Origin: Octopus sinensis
Taxonomy: Eukaryota
Assembly (NCBI RefSeq): GCF_006345805.1
Contig: NC_043008.1
Span: 74,214,001 to 74,278,000 of the forward strand
DNA: 64,000 nt
Direction of reading: 5' to 3'
The position numbers and the translations under genes were made by a program. The notes below the pieces were generated by a model that was given only the letters and a program-made list of their open reading frames with translations, was not told where the DNA came from and did no database searches. Positions within the stretch are counted from its first letter, which is position 1, and every line of letters begins with the position of its first letter. Shown here piece after piece: positions 62,764-64,000 of this stretch.

Positions 62764-64000
62764 AATTGTTGTTATTATTACAACGGTTGAAGACCAAAAG
62801 TAAAGCAAGTTTGAAATAACAATATAATATTATTGACCATAATTACAAACCGCAATATAATATTATTACAGATGAAAGACAGCTAATAAAAGCAATGATA
62901 GAAGTAAAATTATTTCAGATTATATTTCCTACTTTATTACTCCAGTTTTCATATTCTTCACTATTCATACCCTTGTAGAATAGTGTTACAATTAATCAGA
63001 TTATTGGTGGTGACAAATAATATTACGCACATATATATAAGTTGATTGTGCTTTTGTTTCATCAAAATGTTCATCAACTTGCCAAAGAACTTGCAAATAT
63101 TTGGATAAACTTACGTTAGAAATAAAGAATAAGTTAATGTGTTACGTCTTATAGAAAATGAAAATGGTATCAAAGTTTAAAGCATTCGTTCAAGAAAGAG
63201 CAAAGAGAGTTTTAAAAAGATTTTTAAAAAGAAAGAAATATTTGTGTGAGTTCTTTCAAAATGCTAGAGTAACAGTGTTATTCTTTCAAAGTTTATCATA
63301 GTTTATACTAAGTTATACATGCTGACGCCCACATCGTTACTTTCACTAAAAACGTCATTTTCTACATCAATGTGCCATTTTACAACATCAATCGGTCTTC
63401 AGATATTAAATAAGTTTTGGAAACAAATATATTTGTTATGGCTCAGTTTACAACATATGTCGAAATATTTAGTTAAATAAGGAGCAATGGGGATAGATTT
63501 ACGTGAAATTCGTAATTTTTCATTGAATGTAAATATGCAATCTTGATTTCTAATATCCTAAACATATTACTATGTAGTCCTGCCTGTGGTGAGCGAAGAA
63601 TGGCTGCTAAGGACTAAAATACAATGTTAATATTCCACTATTAACTGAAACTGAAATACTGTGTTAAAGTCATTGTTTCTAAGACTAAGATGTGTGAACC
63701 CAAGCACTTATCGTACATGCATGCACACATACATATCTACATACATGTATACATACATACATAAATACATACACAGATACATAAAGAGAAAGATATATAA
63801 GAATAAATATATAGACACACAGATAGATAAATAGACAAATAGATCGATTGATAGATTGATACACAAACAAATAGATAGACACGGATATAAATATATCAGA
63901 AAACTGGAAACGGGAACTCCGGAGTAAAGGTTTGGGAAATTTTCCACTTTAGTACACATTAGGACGTTGATAATAATGGTTAATGATAATAAGCAGGTTA

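Overview
AT-rich, microsatellite-saturated animal DNA. The tRNA-derived SINE families and repeat spectrum look like a coleoid cephalopod, probably Octopus (inference, no search run). No host protein-coding gene can be supported. Content: a 5'-truncated CR1/L2-group LINE (12377-14232), R4/Dong-like LINE remnants, Penelope-like (RT-thumb/GIY-YIG) fragments, mariner remnants, MITEs, non-autonomous Helitrons, three tRNA-SINE families and a probable 5S rRNA-derived SINE. The main signal is not in the ORF track. About 25 type I hammerhead ribozyme (HHR) motifs, folded by eye, occur in at least seven repeat families, nearly all abutting (TA)n tracts. The centrepiece is a 6.2-kb array (53347-59586) of a 491-492 bp unit. 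Each unit carries one HHR, perfect in 10 of 12 copies (8-bp stem I, 5-bp stem II, palindromic stem III, GUA site). The array is two divergent arms (7 + 5 ribozymes) that both start about 19 nt after a cleavage site. This looks like a retrozyme (self-cleaving, potentially circular RNA retroelement) system mobilised by Penelope-like elements. Recurring features are head-to-head palindromic insertions, a U-U variant of the core-proximal stem II pair, and a shared 3' motif. Some palindromes and single-base indels could be long-read assembly artefacts.
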